A stretch of DNA of 64,000 bases from Felis catus (taxonomy: Eukaryota), in NCBI RefSeq assembly GCF_018350175.1, contig NC_058368.1, positions 187,614,001 to 187,678,000 on the forward strand, written 5' to 3'. The notes under the pieces are model-generated. The model searched no databases and had not been told where the DNA came from. It worked only from the letters and a program-made list of their open reading frames with translations. The first letter of the stretch is position 1, and each line of letters opens with the position of its first letter. Below, one piece after another: positions 1 to 13,317 of the stretch. Both the position numbers and the translations under genes were made by a program.

Positions 1-577
1 CTATACACACTGTTCTGCTCCTTGTTTTTCCCCCTAAACAATGTACCTTGCAGATAATTCCATAGTAGTACATAGAGCTCTGCCTCTAGGTACGTATGCA
101 TAATGATTAATTATTTAATTAGCTTATTTAATTAGTTCCTTATGGCTAGCCATTTAGATTGTTTAAGCCTTTTATTAGTTCAAACACAGTTGCAATGAAC
201 AACTTCATGCACACTTCCAGGATGAGTTGTGGAAATAAAAGAGCTGTGTCAAAAATAAACTGTATTTTCAATTTTGACAGATCTACAAACTTTCCTTGCA
301 GTTCAGCTATCATCTTGTCTGATTCTAAGTGACATAGTACCCAGGGCAGCCAACACTCACTCCAACGTCATGATCTTTCTGTGGAATGGCAGCAAGTTCT
401 CTCTTTCAGCAGCTGTCTCCCCTGTGCTGCCACATTAGCAAGACCCCATCTGGAATTATCTCATCCTGGAGAACTCCACAGCCCCAAAGCCCCTTGTTGA
501 AAGTAAACATTGACAATCTGGGTCTTGGCCATTAGCTATTTGGAATGATTCATTAATCATTTTTAACCCTCTTTTGT

Positions 578-799
578 TTTTTGTTTTTTAATTTTTTTTA
601 ACATTTATTTATTTTTGAGACAGAGAGAGACAGAGCATGAACAGGGGAGGGTCAGAGAGAGGGAGACACAGAATCTGAAACAGGCTCCAGGCTCTAAGCT
701 GTCAGCACAGAGCCCGACGCGGGGCTCAAACTCACGGACCATGAGATCATGACCTGAGCCGAAGCCGGCCACTCAACCGACTGAGCCACCCAGGCGCCC
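578..799 (-). mobile_element. CAN-SINE (SINEC)
   Basis: tRNA-like head, (CT)n, A-tail on minus strand; TSD TAACCCTCTTTTGT 564-577 and 801-814. Confidence 0.95.
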
Positions 800-1428
800 A
801 TAACCCTCTTTTGTACCAAAATTGGAGAAAGGAAAGGGTGGAAAAAAAGGTAAAAAGAAAGGCCAGGAATGCCTACATTTTAATCATGGATGGAAGTCAA
901 AAGATTGTGGACTTTCTTTGTCTTGATTCCACAACTCACTACCACAAGTCACTGAAGGACTCTGCCCTCTTTGTCTGCATGAAGACATGAAATGAAATGA
1001 AAACCAAAGACCAAATTATTCCTCAGGACCTTCCCTCCTTTGAAGATTCAGATGCAGTGTAGCTCAGGGCACTTGTTCTCCCAAGTTCGCCATATTGAAA
1101 AGGCAAGAGATTTCACAAATCTGTATGTGATTAATGTCCAAATGGGTGGTACAGTTGAGAAGGCATTTAGACAGTGGAGTGCTGGTAATCAGGCTGCAGG
1201 CTGGGTTGAAGGAAGAGAGTCTTGATTTCTAGCCTTTGCTGATTTCTGTCTTGTAATTATTCCCATTATGACAATTACAAACTTAAGATACGTCACTTAA
1301 CTCAGAATTGGAAAGGGAAGCACAGAATTGGCTGCTGTCTCCAGCTAACCACTAGTTAGGAATTCAAAGAAAGCATTTTCTTCAGACTGTTCTGTGTTGA
1401 GAGGCCCTTCATGAAAGAGAAGAGATTT

Positions 1429-1632
1429 GGGGATGCCTGGGTGGCTCAGTTGGTTGGGCATCCAACTTCGGCTCAGGTCATGATCTTGGGGTTTGTGAGT
1501 TTGAGCCCCGTGTTGGGCTCTGTGCTGACAGCTCAGATCCTGGAGCCTGCTTCAGCTTCTGTGTCTCCCTCTCTCTCTGCACCTCCCCCACTTGTGTTCT
1601 GTCTCTCTCAAAAATAACTTTTAAAAAATTAA
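1429..1632 (+). mobile_element. CAN-SINE (SINEC)
   Basis: GGGATGCCTGGGTGGCTCAG head; TSD GAAAGAGAAGAGATTT 1413-1428 and 1633-1648. Confidence 0.95.
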
Positions 1633-2351
1633 GAAAGAGAAGAGATTTGAAGTAGGCACTGAAGGATAGTGCTTTAGGAGTCTTCCCATGGTAAGTGACA
1701 GGAACAATTCACACCAGCTTAAAGAAAGAGAATGTGAGAATGTGAATGTTGTAGCACAATATCTGCACAAAGGTTTTCAATAATGTAGTCAGAGCACTCC
1801 TCCCATCTTTCAGTTCTTACATCTGCCTCTATTTGTATATTGATGTCATTGACTCCTCCTTCAAGCAGGCTCCCTCCAAATGGCAGAAAAAAATGGCTAG
1901 TGCAGCCCAGGGCTGTATCCTTACAATTAACAATTAAAAAGAAAAGCAGTACTCCTTTATAGAAATCACATGGAAAGACTGATTATCTCTGCTTGAGTCT
2001 CATGCCCACCATTTGGACTTTTAACTGGGCACAAGAGGAAGGGGTACCTGGTCCATATGACCCTGCCCCTGCAGCTAGAGGGCAGGGAGAGTACTAAGAT
2101 GGACCACTTTTTCTCTACTGCCCAATACACATGAGAATCACCCAAATAGAATTCCCCAATGGACAGAGGAATAATGGGCAGGTAAAAGCCATGAATCTCT
2201 AGTAGACATATGGGTAAGGTTGTGGAGAGGCAGAAGAGGGGTGCTAGTTAGAGGGAATTGCATAAATGGAGGTACAGACACATAAAACTTGAAGGAGTAG
2301 TTGGGAGTCTGCAAAAAGAGGACTCTGACCAAAGCAGAGCTACCCATAGGG

Positions 2352-2571
2352 CAGTAGTTCTCAATGGAGGGCGATTTTACCCACTTTGGGATATTTGGCA
2401 ATGTCTGGAGATATTTTTGGCTGTCACAACTGGAGGTGGAAGGATTGCTGCTATCATCTGTAGAGTAGAAGACAAAGATCCTGCTAAACATCCTACAATG
2501 CACAGTATAGTCCCCCCAGTGAAGACTTACTGAGCCTCAGATGTAAGTAGTGCAGAGATTGACAGATCCTG
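2352..2571. mobile_element. MER20-like hAT-Charlie MITE
   Basis: CAGTAGTTCTCAA...GGCAATGTCTGGAGATATTTTTGGCTGTCACAACTGG...CTAAACATCCTACAATGCACAG resembles recalled MER20. Confidence 0.8.
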
Positions 2572-5234
2572 ACACAGGAAAAATAGAAGTGTCTAGGAAG
2601 ATGTCAAACCACAGAGGCTTCCAGTTAGTGAGGCTACAGAAAGGCTGACGGGTTGAGGATTTATCCTATGACCATTGCACAGGGAAGTATTATAAAGGTG
2701 TTGGGAACAGCTAGTGTAGCTCTTACATACAGGTCCTTCTGCCCTGTGCCTCTCTCACTCCTCTTTTGCCACCTTTGTTTGCATGGCTGGCTCGTTTTCA
2801 TCCTTCATAACTCAGCTTAGATGTCGCCTATTCATGAGATCTTCCCAGACCCCCCAGTGAAGTAAATTCTCTCACGGGACTCTACGCCACTGTTCTCTCC
2901 CATGGTTCATGGTTCCCTCTTCTTTTCCTTCATAACTCTTTTTTTTTAATGTTTATTTATTTATTTTGAGAGGAGAGAAAAAGTGGAGGAGGGGCAGAGA
3001 GAGAAGGGGGAGAGGGGGCACTCATGTGCCTTCTCTGACACTCTCAGCACCTGTGGTTCACAGCATGACGTATCAGGGCTCTTGTGAAGGCACACAACTG
3101 TAGCTATTTTAAGAAAACACACATTAATAAAGAGAATCAAGTAAATTCAGAATCCTTGCAGAGCAAGTTCTGGCCTGGTGCTCCGAGAATGATTCCCAGA
3201 ACACTACACAGTACTGACCCCCCCAAGGAAGCTACTATTCCTACCACAATCTGGAAGCTGGCATTCAGGGAGTCGCCGGCCCAGTCTCTAGCTACAGGAA
3301 TACACAGTTTGGGGTATAATCTGGGACCAGGAGTTACTTCCCACACTCCAGGGCCATAATACATATGCTAGCTCACCACCAGCACAATGGATCCCTCTCA
3401 GACTGATGCCTCCTTTCCCCCAGACTCAATTGTTTTTCTTAACTCAATTTTGAATTCAGGTTTACACAAGTGCACAGGACTGGCTAAACATAAATTACAA
3501 TGGGAACCCCAGCAGTAGAAACATTGGGAAGTGAGTTTTTAGCTTTCCAGCCTCTGTAGTATAGGAAGACACACCAAGAAAGGTTTGGACAGATGTGAAA
3601 CAAGCCAATCTCCCACCTGGCACATGGCTGCCCCTGCTGGTTTGTTAGCACTCTATGGCCATAAATGTCACAATGTCACCCATCTTCTCAATATGCTGAG
3701 CATGTTCTCCAAACATGAATAGTGTTATGGAATGAATTGAACTGAACCAAACAAACAGGAGAATCCTCATTTTGTACACTGTATGTTTCCTGCAGCGCTT
3801 GTTCCATTATGTCTCTTAGACCAATTTGTGTTGATTCATTTTCCCTATAGACCAGAAGTTCACTTCTTTGTCCCCATACTCATAATAGGTAACAAATGTT
3901 TGCCGACTGAATTGAAGGCAGAAACAGGCTAGAGGAGGAAGTTCTGAGCGCCATTTCAGCTTCAGGCAGCTCCTGCAGCTCCTGGAACAACCACTTCATG
4001 AACTTTTTGGATTTCCTGCCACATGAGGTCATCACCACTAGGCTCCTAGGTTTCAGGTCTCCTCCATAAGTTGGAAGAACATCTGCTCCCATTCACTCAG
4101 CCAGGAAACATCCATTAAGTGCTTCCCTGGTACTGAGTGTGGCACCACTGCCTCTTCCTGTGCTTCTCTCTAACCATTTCCTTACCGACAAGAGCGTGTC
4201 AGGAATTTCAACCTCTGTGGCAGTGGAGCCCCATGGGTAACACATGGAAATTCCTACTCTACCCTAGAGTCTTTTAGGTTGAGAATGGCATCCATGCATC
4301 ATTCAAAGGAGGGTTTCCTTACCTTTTCTGATTCCTGAAATATGTAGAAACAAACCAAGGTACCCAGAGGGAGTGGTGGACAGAGGTCCCCTTTCCAGCC
4401 ATCTATGAATCAACACACTAAACCCTATTTCATAGGTCATCTTTCCTTTGTTTAGACCTCATACTTCCCCTACTCCCAGACAAGTCTCAGTTCTCCCTCA
4501 GGGCTCAACCCAGGCCTTCCTCTGAACACCCAGGTTTATATTCAGTGTTTTCCTTCTCTGTAACACTCATTTCACTTGTAGCCACTTGTGTCACCCCTAC
4601 TAGACTCTAAGCTCCATGAGGACAGGCACCAAACCTATTTGGTTTATCTCCACATCTCCAGCACCTAACTCATAACACGTAACCGATATTATCAACTGTT
4701 TGTTGAATGAATATCTGTTGAGCCCACTAACTTTCATCCTCAGACAATATTTATGTAATGTTAGTAATAATTCTCTACATAGTTCAGTGGCTTATCAAAC
4801 ACCTTTATGGGTGAGTGTCCCAACTTTGGGGGGAAAGAGAATACAATAATACAATCATTACTCTCTACTTTTCAGAAAATAAAACACCATCCATCAAGTA
4901 CTGACTTGACTTAGGTGGTGGAATCCGCAGAGGTCAAATGCATACCTGCATTAAAATTCTGAATGTGGGTCATGTATCATCTGCTAACCAGATGCTCTGA
5001 CAGCTGAGTGAAATAGTGGTAGCTTGTAGAAAAGAACAGTGGAAAGAACAGGAAAAAGTTAAAGCCAGACCTCTATGATTTTTCTTTCCTCCGGTATCTG
5101 CTTGCAACCTAAACAGATCACTCTGTCTATTCTGAGACACTCAGCAATTTGACTCCAGGCCAGAGAGTTTGTGGAGCCAGTGAGCCTTTGCTTCTAAGAG
5201 GAGGGAGATGAGGGCTGGAACACAGGGGCACTAT

Positions 5235-5820
5235 TATGTACATGCACACTCACATCTGGACAAATCTACACCAAGGCATGTGTACATATACAAAGTGAGC
5301 CACTGCACAAGCAGGTGCCACACAGAAAATCATGCACATACACACTGATATGTGGTTGTGCACACTCATACACACATTTAAACATGTACCCAACACACAG
5401 ATATCCAGCCACTGATGTGTACACCCAGCAAATGAAGTACACCAATTATACACGGAGCTGCAATCTTGGACATGTGCTTATAAACGCACATACAGGAGCC
5501 TTGATGCACGTTTGGACACATGCGCTTATGAATGCACACACATACAACTAAACATGCACACACGATTCATAATCACTCTCAACTCGGTACACTCTACTCG
5601 GTACACCGAGGAATTTACGCTGCTATAAGCTGTCACACCCACAAGCATCCTCTGATCCACAGCCAGATGAATGCTCACGTGAAAGCAATACAGATAATCT
5701 CTTGAGACACAGGCACAAGTACCCACACCCTTGCAATCGCCTGAGTAGCAATCACTCTCGTGCACGTAAACCTTCAAATACACTGACAAGCTCTACACAC
5801 AGACATGCATTGACACACTC
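5235..5820. repeat. Degenerate (CA)/(TACA)-rich low-complexity tract
   Basis: ~600 bp of imperfect ACAC/ATAC/GCAC motifs directly upstream of the CpG island. Confidence 0.8.
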
Positions 5821-5849
5821 AAGTTGTCACCAGCGCTGAAATTTTTTCC

Positions 5850-6052
5850 AAACCGATGCGGCTGCCAGGAGAGCTCCGAGCTGCGGGCTGGCCCACGTGA
5901 CCGGGAACCAACTACTCCCGCCCATGACGGGATGGGAAAAGTATGCCTGGGGCGGGCGCTGGCCGAGCTGCTGCGGCTGGAGGCGGGGACGCGGAGCAGC
6001 GCCGATAGCTTCGTGGCTCCGGAAGCCCCTGGACGTGGCCGAGACTGCTAGG
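5850..6052 (+). other. C1QTNF2: C1QTNF2 exon 1 (5' UTR or optional N-terminal extension); start approximate
   Basis: Consensus donor AGG|GTGAGT at 6052/6053, phase 0 and in frame with the exon 2 acceptor TTCCACAG|GTGACCACCATG (23001/23002); TSS cannot be determined from sequence. Confidence 0.75.
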
Positions 6053-6240
6053 GTGAGTATCGGCGAACTACCCGAGCTACCCGCGCCCGCACCTCCGGCG
6101 CCCTCCCGCGGGGTCGGCAAGCGCTGGTGGGAGGGGAAGGATCCGGTGCTGGAGAGGGGACATGGGTGTGTCCGCGGGAGGGAGGTGGAGAGCTGCAAAC
6201 GTCCCCTCTTTGCAGGCCGGGCAGCCCCGGGATTCCCAGC
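5850..6240 (+). promoter_or_regulatory. C1QTNF2: CpG-island promoter of C1QTNF2
   Basis: Only strongly CpG-rich non-repeat segment outside the coding exons; E-box CCACGTGACC (core CACGTG 5894-5899), GC boxes GGGGCGGG 5949-5956 and GGAGGCGGGG near 5979; overlaps the exon ending in the donor at 6053. Confidence 0.85.
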
Positions 6241-6269
6241 TCCTGACCTCTGCCTTATGAATTATAACA

Positions 6270-6540
6270 TGAATTAACATGTGCTGAGCGCTTACTGTAT
6301 GCCAGGCTCTGTGCTCAATGGCTTACCTGTTGATAGTAATACCTCTACCATTGATTGAGCGCCTATTTTGTGCCAGGCTCTGCCAGCCCTCTGGTGTGCT
6401 GTTTCATTTCCATGACGACAGGTTATCCCCAGCTGCAAAAGAGGAACCAGGCTCAGGGACGTTAATGACTTACTCAAGACTGCACAGCTAGTAACTGGTG
6501 GTAAAGGGGATTGAACCCTGGTAAGTCTGAGTCCAATGCC
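6270..6540 (-). mobile_element. MIR fragments
   Basis: GAGCGCTTACTGTATGCCAGGC..., GAGGAACCAGGCTCAGGGACGTTAATGACTTACTCAAG MIR core-like. Confidence 0.65.
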
Positions 6541-7485
6541 CCAAGCTAACCATCATAGTTGTTATTTATGGAGTGCGTGATCTCATTTATATTAATTAAA
6601 TATGTATGTAGATGGGCAAACTGAGTTCAAAAGGTACTAAATGGCAAGCTGAGGTTTGCACCCAATTCTTTACAACTCTTTTCACCCTCCCTCTTCCCTC
6701 AAACTACTTGTCTCCAAGCCTTGTCTTACTGTGTTCTTATTTCTCCAACCCACTGACGCGGTCCTGTTCCAGGACTGTATCTCTCAGCTGAAGGACTGCA
6801 ATGGCCCCAGTGGTCTCTCAGTCCGCTTCTCTCCCCCAGCACCACAAAGCCTTTGCACAATTTCAGCGTCCTCTACTCTTTGGCCACAAGACTCTCCTAC
6901 CTGAACCCTTCAAAATTTCCCCATCTTAGACCCACCATCTCCCAGAGACCTTGCTGATCCTACCCAGACCTGTTCCTACCCCCACCCAACCAGCAGCAAT
7001 AGCAACAAATCCTGCATATGTCAGCCCATGGCTGATGCTCAGTTAGCATTGTTCAAAGTCTGTCCTCTCCTCTCCCCACCCCCTTCTGCCCCCTCCCCCG
7101 TCTGCACAGTTCTTTCCTGATTTACTCTGTCATCTGGTAATTGTATCCATTAAGTCCACTTTCAACTGCTAACTCCTCAGACCCCCCACACCTCTCAGAA
7201 CATCACTACTACCCTTCATTCTGATGCATCAAGTGTGCCACTGAGTTTGCTTCTTCCCAAATGTCTGACTTCTCCCCATCTCCTAGCAGGGACACCAAAC
7301 TTGCCTACCTTCTGATCCTTAAATGTTAGGGTTACATTTTGTTTTAAATGACATAAAACTAACAACGCTCATCACAATTCAGACAGTACAACAAAGGGGG
7401 GGGAGTGAAAAGTAAAAGCCCACACACCTGCTCCTAATTCTGAGAGGTAACCTGTTTATCAAGAAGCTGTGTCCTTTCACAAATT

Positions 7486-7486
7486 C

Positions 7487-7517
<31 letters not shown>

Positions 7518-7542
7518 TTTTTTTTTTTTTTTTTTTTTTTTT
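7486..7542. repeat. (TG)n microsatellite followed by poly-T
   Basis: About 14 TG units then about 26 T. Confidence 0.95.
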
Positions 7543-8551
7543 AGCTCAAGGAGAATCATCCTTTACAATCCATGCTGCAACTTGCCTTTTTCACTTTGTG
7601 TATGTTGGCCGTCTTTCCATCTGCACGTCTGGACTTACTTTGTCCTCATAAAGGCATCACAGTGTGTCATTGTACGAGTAAATTGAGGTCTCTTCCACAA
7701 GTCTGGGGTCATCTCTGAAGCTATTCTGCCTCCATCAAATAGTCAGCAGGTTCCCCCAGGAAGTGACTGCTTTCTGGCAAATCCCTCTTCTTCCCTATCT
7801 TGCTCCTCCTCATCCGTTGATTGGACATAGGGGACTGAACCTTCCTTCCTACAGTACCAGGCTCTAGTGCTGTCTGCTCCCGAATGTTCAGCATAGGCTG
7901 ATAGTCCATGTACGTGCTCACGGCTTCCCTCACCCTTCCCCCCATCAGAGGCTTGCCAGCCGGGTTTGCCTCTGTGAGATGAACTCCTGCATAAAGCAGA
8001 TTTCGGCTCAAATTCTATTCTAGGTTTACTTTTGAAAGGAATTCTATGCCAAGTCTTTTTCCAAGGAAATAATCCTCCTTGGATTTGTGCATTGCTGTGA
8101 ATGGCTTACGTCTATTAACACACACGTGCACGTGCGCACACACACACACATACACACACATAGCTGCCCTGTTAGTTAAGGCTTTATGCTCATGGGTCCC
8201 ATGCCCAGCGCATGGTAGAGGGACATGAGCCCTGGTCCCTGAGTCAGCAGGCTTGGGTCCCCTCCCAGCTTTAACTGGGAAAAAATGACTTCACTTTTCT
8301 GAGCCCTGTTTTCTCTTCTGCCAAGTGAGGATGATAGTATTAGCCTTACTGAAGTGTAAAGACAGTAAAAGGAAAAAAGGAACATCAAAGCTTTGAAATC
8401 AGAACACATAACATACTTGGAGAACACCCTTTTCCTCTAGGCCACAGGTTGCCAGCTCAGATGCCAGCAGGGGCCGCGTGTGACACCGAAGTAAGCAGAA
8501 TGCATGTCGTTTGGGAGTGGCAAGGACTGTGGGCACAGAATGTAGGTCCTA

Positions 8552-9161
8552 TGTAGTGGTCTGCTAGGGCGGCCATCACAATACCACAGACAGGTGACTT
8601 AACAGAAAGTTATTCTCAGAGTTCCAGAGGCTAGAAGTCCACGATCAAGGTGAGGGCCAGTCTGGTTCCTTCTGAGGCCTCTCCCCTTGACTCGCAGATG
8701 GCCACCTTCTCTCTGTCCCTCACATGGTCATACCTCTGTGTGCTGTGTCCTAATCTCCTTATAAGGATGCCAGTCATAGTGGATTAGGGCCCATCCGTAG
8801 GACTTTATTTTCCTTTACCTCTTTAAAGGCCCAATCCCGGGGCGCCTGGGTGGCGCAGTCGGTTAAGCGTCCGACTTCAGCCAGGTCACGATCTCGCGGT
8901 CCGTGAGTTCGAGCCCCGTGTCGGGCTCTGGGCTGATGGCTCAGAGCCTGGAGCCTGTTTCCGATTCTGTGTCTCCCTCTCTTTCTGCCCCTCCCCCGTT
9001 CATGCTCTGTCTCTCTCTGTCCCAAAAATAAATAAACGTTGAAAAAAAAAATTAAAAAAAAAAATAAAGGCCCAATCCCCAAATATATAGCCCCATTCTG
9101 AGGTTCTGGGGGCTAGGACTTCAACATATGAATTTGGAGGAACACATTTCAGCCCGTAACA
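8552..9161 (-). mobile_element. MLT1-type MaLR solo LTR, split by a SINE
   Basis: GCTAGGGCGGCCATCACAATACCACAGAC...GGCTAGAAGTCC..GATCAAGGTG...GGACTTCAACATATGAATTTGG...CAGCCCGTAACA. Confidence 0.8.
8839..9064 (+). mobile_element. Young felid SINE (SINEC_Fc-like)
   Basis: CpG-intact GGGGCGCCTGGGTGGCGCAGTCGGTTAAGCGTCCGAC; perfect TSD TAAAGGCCCAATCCC 8824-8838 and 9065-9079. Confidence 0.97.
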
Positions 9162-9252
9162 CTTTATCTCAAAGGGCAGTCAATTGGTGCCCTGCCAAAT
9201 GTTTTTCAAGGAAATAATCCAGATTCTCAAGAACACCTGGAAATCTTGATTT

Positions 9253-10260
<1,008 letters not shown>

Positions 10261-10424
10261 GAAATCTTGATTTTAAGATAAGACCTCCCACGGTTTACAC
10301 TGACAACAATTTCAAATGAAAAACAAAACCAAAAAATCATCAGTCAGTGGTTTACCTAAGGCCACCGATAAGCCTCAGGTCTAGATTATCATTCCCTCAG
10401 TGGCAGGGCCATCCTCCCTAGCTT

Positions 10425-10580
10425 TTTTATTTTTACTTTTTTAAGTTTATGTATCCATTTTGAAAGTGGGTGGGGAGGGGCAGAGAGAGAAAGAGAGAGA
10501 AACCCAAGCAGGCTCTGGGATCATGACCTGAGCCGAAACCATAACCTGAGCCACTCAACAGACTGAGCCACCCAGGTGCC
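10425..10580 (-). mobile_element. CAN-SINE with internal deletion
   Basis: SINE head and tail present; TSD TCCTCCCTAGCTTTTT on both sides. Confidence 0.85.
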
Positions 10581-10707
10581 ACATTCCTCCCTAGCTTTTT
10601 AATGCCTTCCAACCAGAGGTCAGTGCACACTGCAGTGTTAATAAAGAGCTGTTTGCTGAATGAGTAAATTCGAAGTTTATAATCCTGTTTAAAGTAGGTT
10701 ACACACA

Positions 10708-10931
10708 GGGGCAGCTGGGTGGCTCAGTGGGTTAAGTGTCCGACTTCAGCTCAGGTCATGATCTCATGGTTCGTGGGTTTGAGCCCTGTGTCGAGCTCTA
10801 TGCTGACAGCTCAGACCCTGGAGCCTCCTTCGGATTCTGTGTGTGTCTCTCTCTGCCCCTCCTTCACTTGTGTGCCTGTGCTCTCTCGCTCTCACTCTTG
10901 CTCTCTCTCCCTCTTAAAATAAATAAATAAA
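10708..10931 (+). mobile_element. CAN-SINE
   Basis: Head, (CT)n, (AAAT)n tail; TSD TTTAAAGTAGGT(T/C)ACACA. Confidence 0.93.
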
Positions 10932-11934
10932 CTTTAAAGTAGGTCACACATACAGAAATCCTGGACCTTTGCATTTGTGCTTTGTTGTAAAATCATATCA
11001 GCTATTATGACTGCCTTCCAGCTGTTTACTCCAAAGTTCCCAATCGTTCAACTCCCTATTCTCACACTTTACAGAGGAGGAAGCAGAAGACCCAGGTCTG
11101 CTCAGTTAGCCTCCCATAATATCGTTATATCGTATCTCACATTGTTTTCACTTATTATCATTGTATCAGAATAATGCTACCATTAAGGAGTGCTTACTGT
11201 CGCCTGGTTACTGCATTATCTCATTTGATGTTCACAATTATTCTACCAGAGAGGTATGAGAGATCTAATAGCTCAGGGAGACATGCCTAAAGACCTCAAA
11301 CAATTCAAACTTACGTAACTCAAAATGCAGATATTTCTGTTTACCTATTAGAATAATGCTGTCATGTGGCTCTGGCAGAAACACGGTTTACAATTTACAA
11401 TTTACAATTCACACTGCCTTCCAGGGTTCTTGACAAACTTTTAATTTGGGGATTTTGAATTATTTCAGATTTTACACATAAAATGAAACAATAAATATTT
11501 TTCTATCATGCTTTTTCAAATTCAAATGGTTTAAACAAGACCATGCAGTATGTTTTTTTCCATTTTACACATAAGGAAACTGAGGCCCAGAGGGGTTAAA
11601 AAACAAAAGTCAAACATCTATAACATGACTCCTAAGCACCAGACCAGCTCTGTGCTTCTTGAAGGCCAGCCCCGTGTCAGGTCTTTAGAGTTACTGTGAA
11701 TACCTGTCAGGGCCTGACTGGGACTAACTCCATGGAGACAGAAAGCCCAGAGAAGTCAAGGACAACTTGGCCTTTCCTCCCTAGCCCTTCAGAGTTCAGA
11801 ATTTGTTTCTCTCCCTCAGCTCCTGGGTCTTCAAGTGTGGTGCCTTCTATACTATTCCAAGGGATCATCTAGCCCCCAAATTTCCTTCCCTTGCCTTCTG
11901 CATGGTTCTGGATGCCCTTTGGAGAGATAGCTTA

Positions 11935-12176
11935 TTTTATTTTATTTTATTTTATTTTATTTTAAATTTTTTTCAACATTTATTTATTTTTGGGACAGAG
12001 AGAGACAGAGCATGAACGGGGGAGGGGCAGAGAGAGAGGGAGACACAGAATCAGAAACAGGCTCCAGGCTCTGAGCCATCAGCCCAGAGCCTGACGCGGG
12101 GCTTGAACTCCCGGACCGCGAGATCGTGACCTGGCTGAAGTCGGACGCTTAACCGACTGCGCCACCCAGGCGCCCC
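11935..12176 (-). mobile_element. Young felid SINE (SINEC_Fc-like)
   Basis: Near-identical to the 8839 and 25503 copies; TSD GAGATAGCTT 11924-11933 and 12177-12186. Confidence 0.97.
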
Positions 12177-12814
12177 GAGATAGCTTGTTTTAAAGACAAA
12201 GGAGGTTCAAGGCTTGATTTCCAAATGATCACACAGGTGTGCCAGGCTGGACCCTCAGTATAACCAGACCATGTGCCCTATGAGAGTGACAGTCACATCT
12301 TTTCATCTCCGGAACCTCAGTGTCTGGCCTCATAGGCGATAAGAGTAAGTGACACCATTTACTGATCATTCATGTGCCAAGCCATGGTACCAAGCACATG
12401 ACACCCCATTTGGCCTCCTGTCACCTGATGAGCTGAGCACTATCCCATCGATTCGCCTCTTTGTATTACGGAGCATGAACACACCAGGTAGCTCAGTGAC
12501 ATGGGGCCAAGGCAGACAGCCCCATCCCTCCCTCAGGATGCAATGCCAGGGCGGGAGCAAAGGTCAAGCCTCCTCTCTTTTGGTGGCAACTGACAGAAAC
12601 ACAACACAAACCACCTTAAATGAAAATGGAGAAATAGAAGAAGGCAGGGGCTCCGCCTGAAATGCCACAGGACTCAGAGGTCAGGACTGTTTTTCTTCAT
12701 GAGTTCAGTTGCAGTTGGTGACAATTACAATTTTAAACAAGGTCTTAATTTTTGAGTCATGCTTTATTTTCAATATCCACTATCTTGTTTGATCTTCAGA
12801 AGGAGAAGAAATAA

Positions 12815-13005
12815 CAATAATAGCTAATGCTCTTGTCTCCCTTATCACATGCCAAACGTTGTTCTAGGAACATTCTAACCTCATAACAACCTTCTAAGGT
12901 AGGTACTATTATTATTGTCCCCATTTTGGAGAGGAGGAGGCTGAGAGAGATAGAAGAAGTAATTTGTAACAGGTCCCACAGCTGGTTCATGGAATCTCAA
13001 CTCAA
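12815..13005 (-). mobile_element. MIR
   Basis: CTCATAACAACC..AGGTAGGTACTATTATTATTGTCCCCATTTT..GAGGCTGAGAGAG. Confidence 0.7.
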
Positions 13006-13009
13006 GCGG

Positions 13010-13317
13010 CTGTGTATTGAGCTGATACAGTAGCCACCACGTGGCAGGTGAGCACTTGAAATGTGGCCAGTCTGAATTCAGATGTGCTGCAAGTGTAAAA
13101 TACACACCAGGACTCCAACACTGTGTGCTAGTTTACAAATATGAAATGCCTCATTAATAATTTTTACACTGATTACATGTTGAGATTATATTTGAGATCT
13201 ATTAGGCTACATAAAATATTAAAATTAATTTCACTGGTGCTTTTTACCTTTTGAACATGGCTATGAGACCCATTCTGAACGGTGGCCGCACATCATATTC
13301 CTACTGGATAGCGCTGC
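13010..13317. mobile_element. MER33-like hAT-Charlie MITE
   Basis: GAGCACTTGAAATGTGGCCAG..GATGTGCTGCAAGTGTAAAATACACACC..GATTACATGTTGA..TGGATAGCGCTG. Confidence 0.75.
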
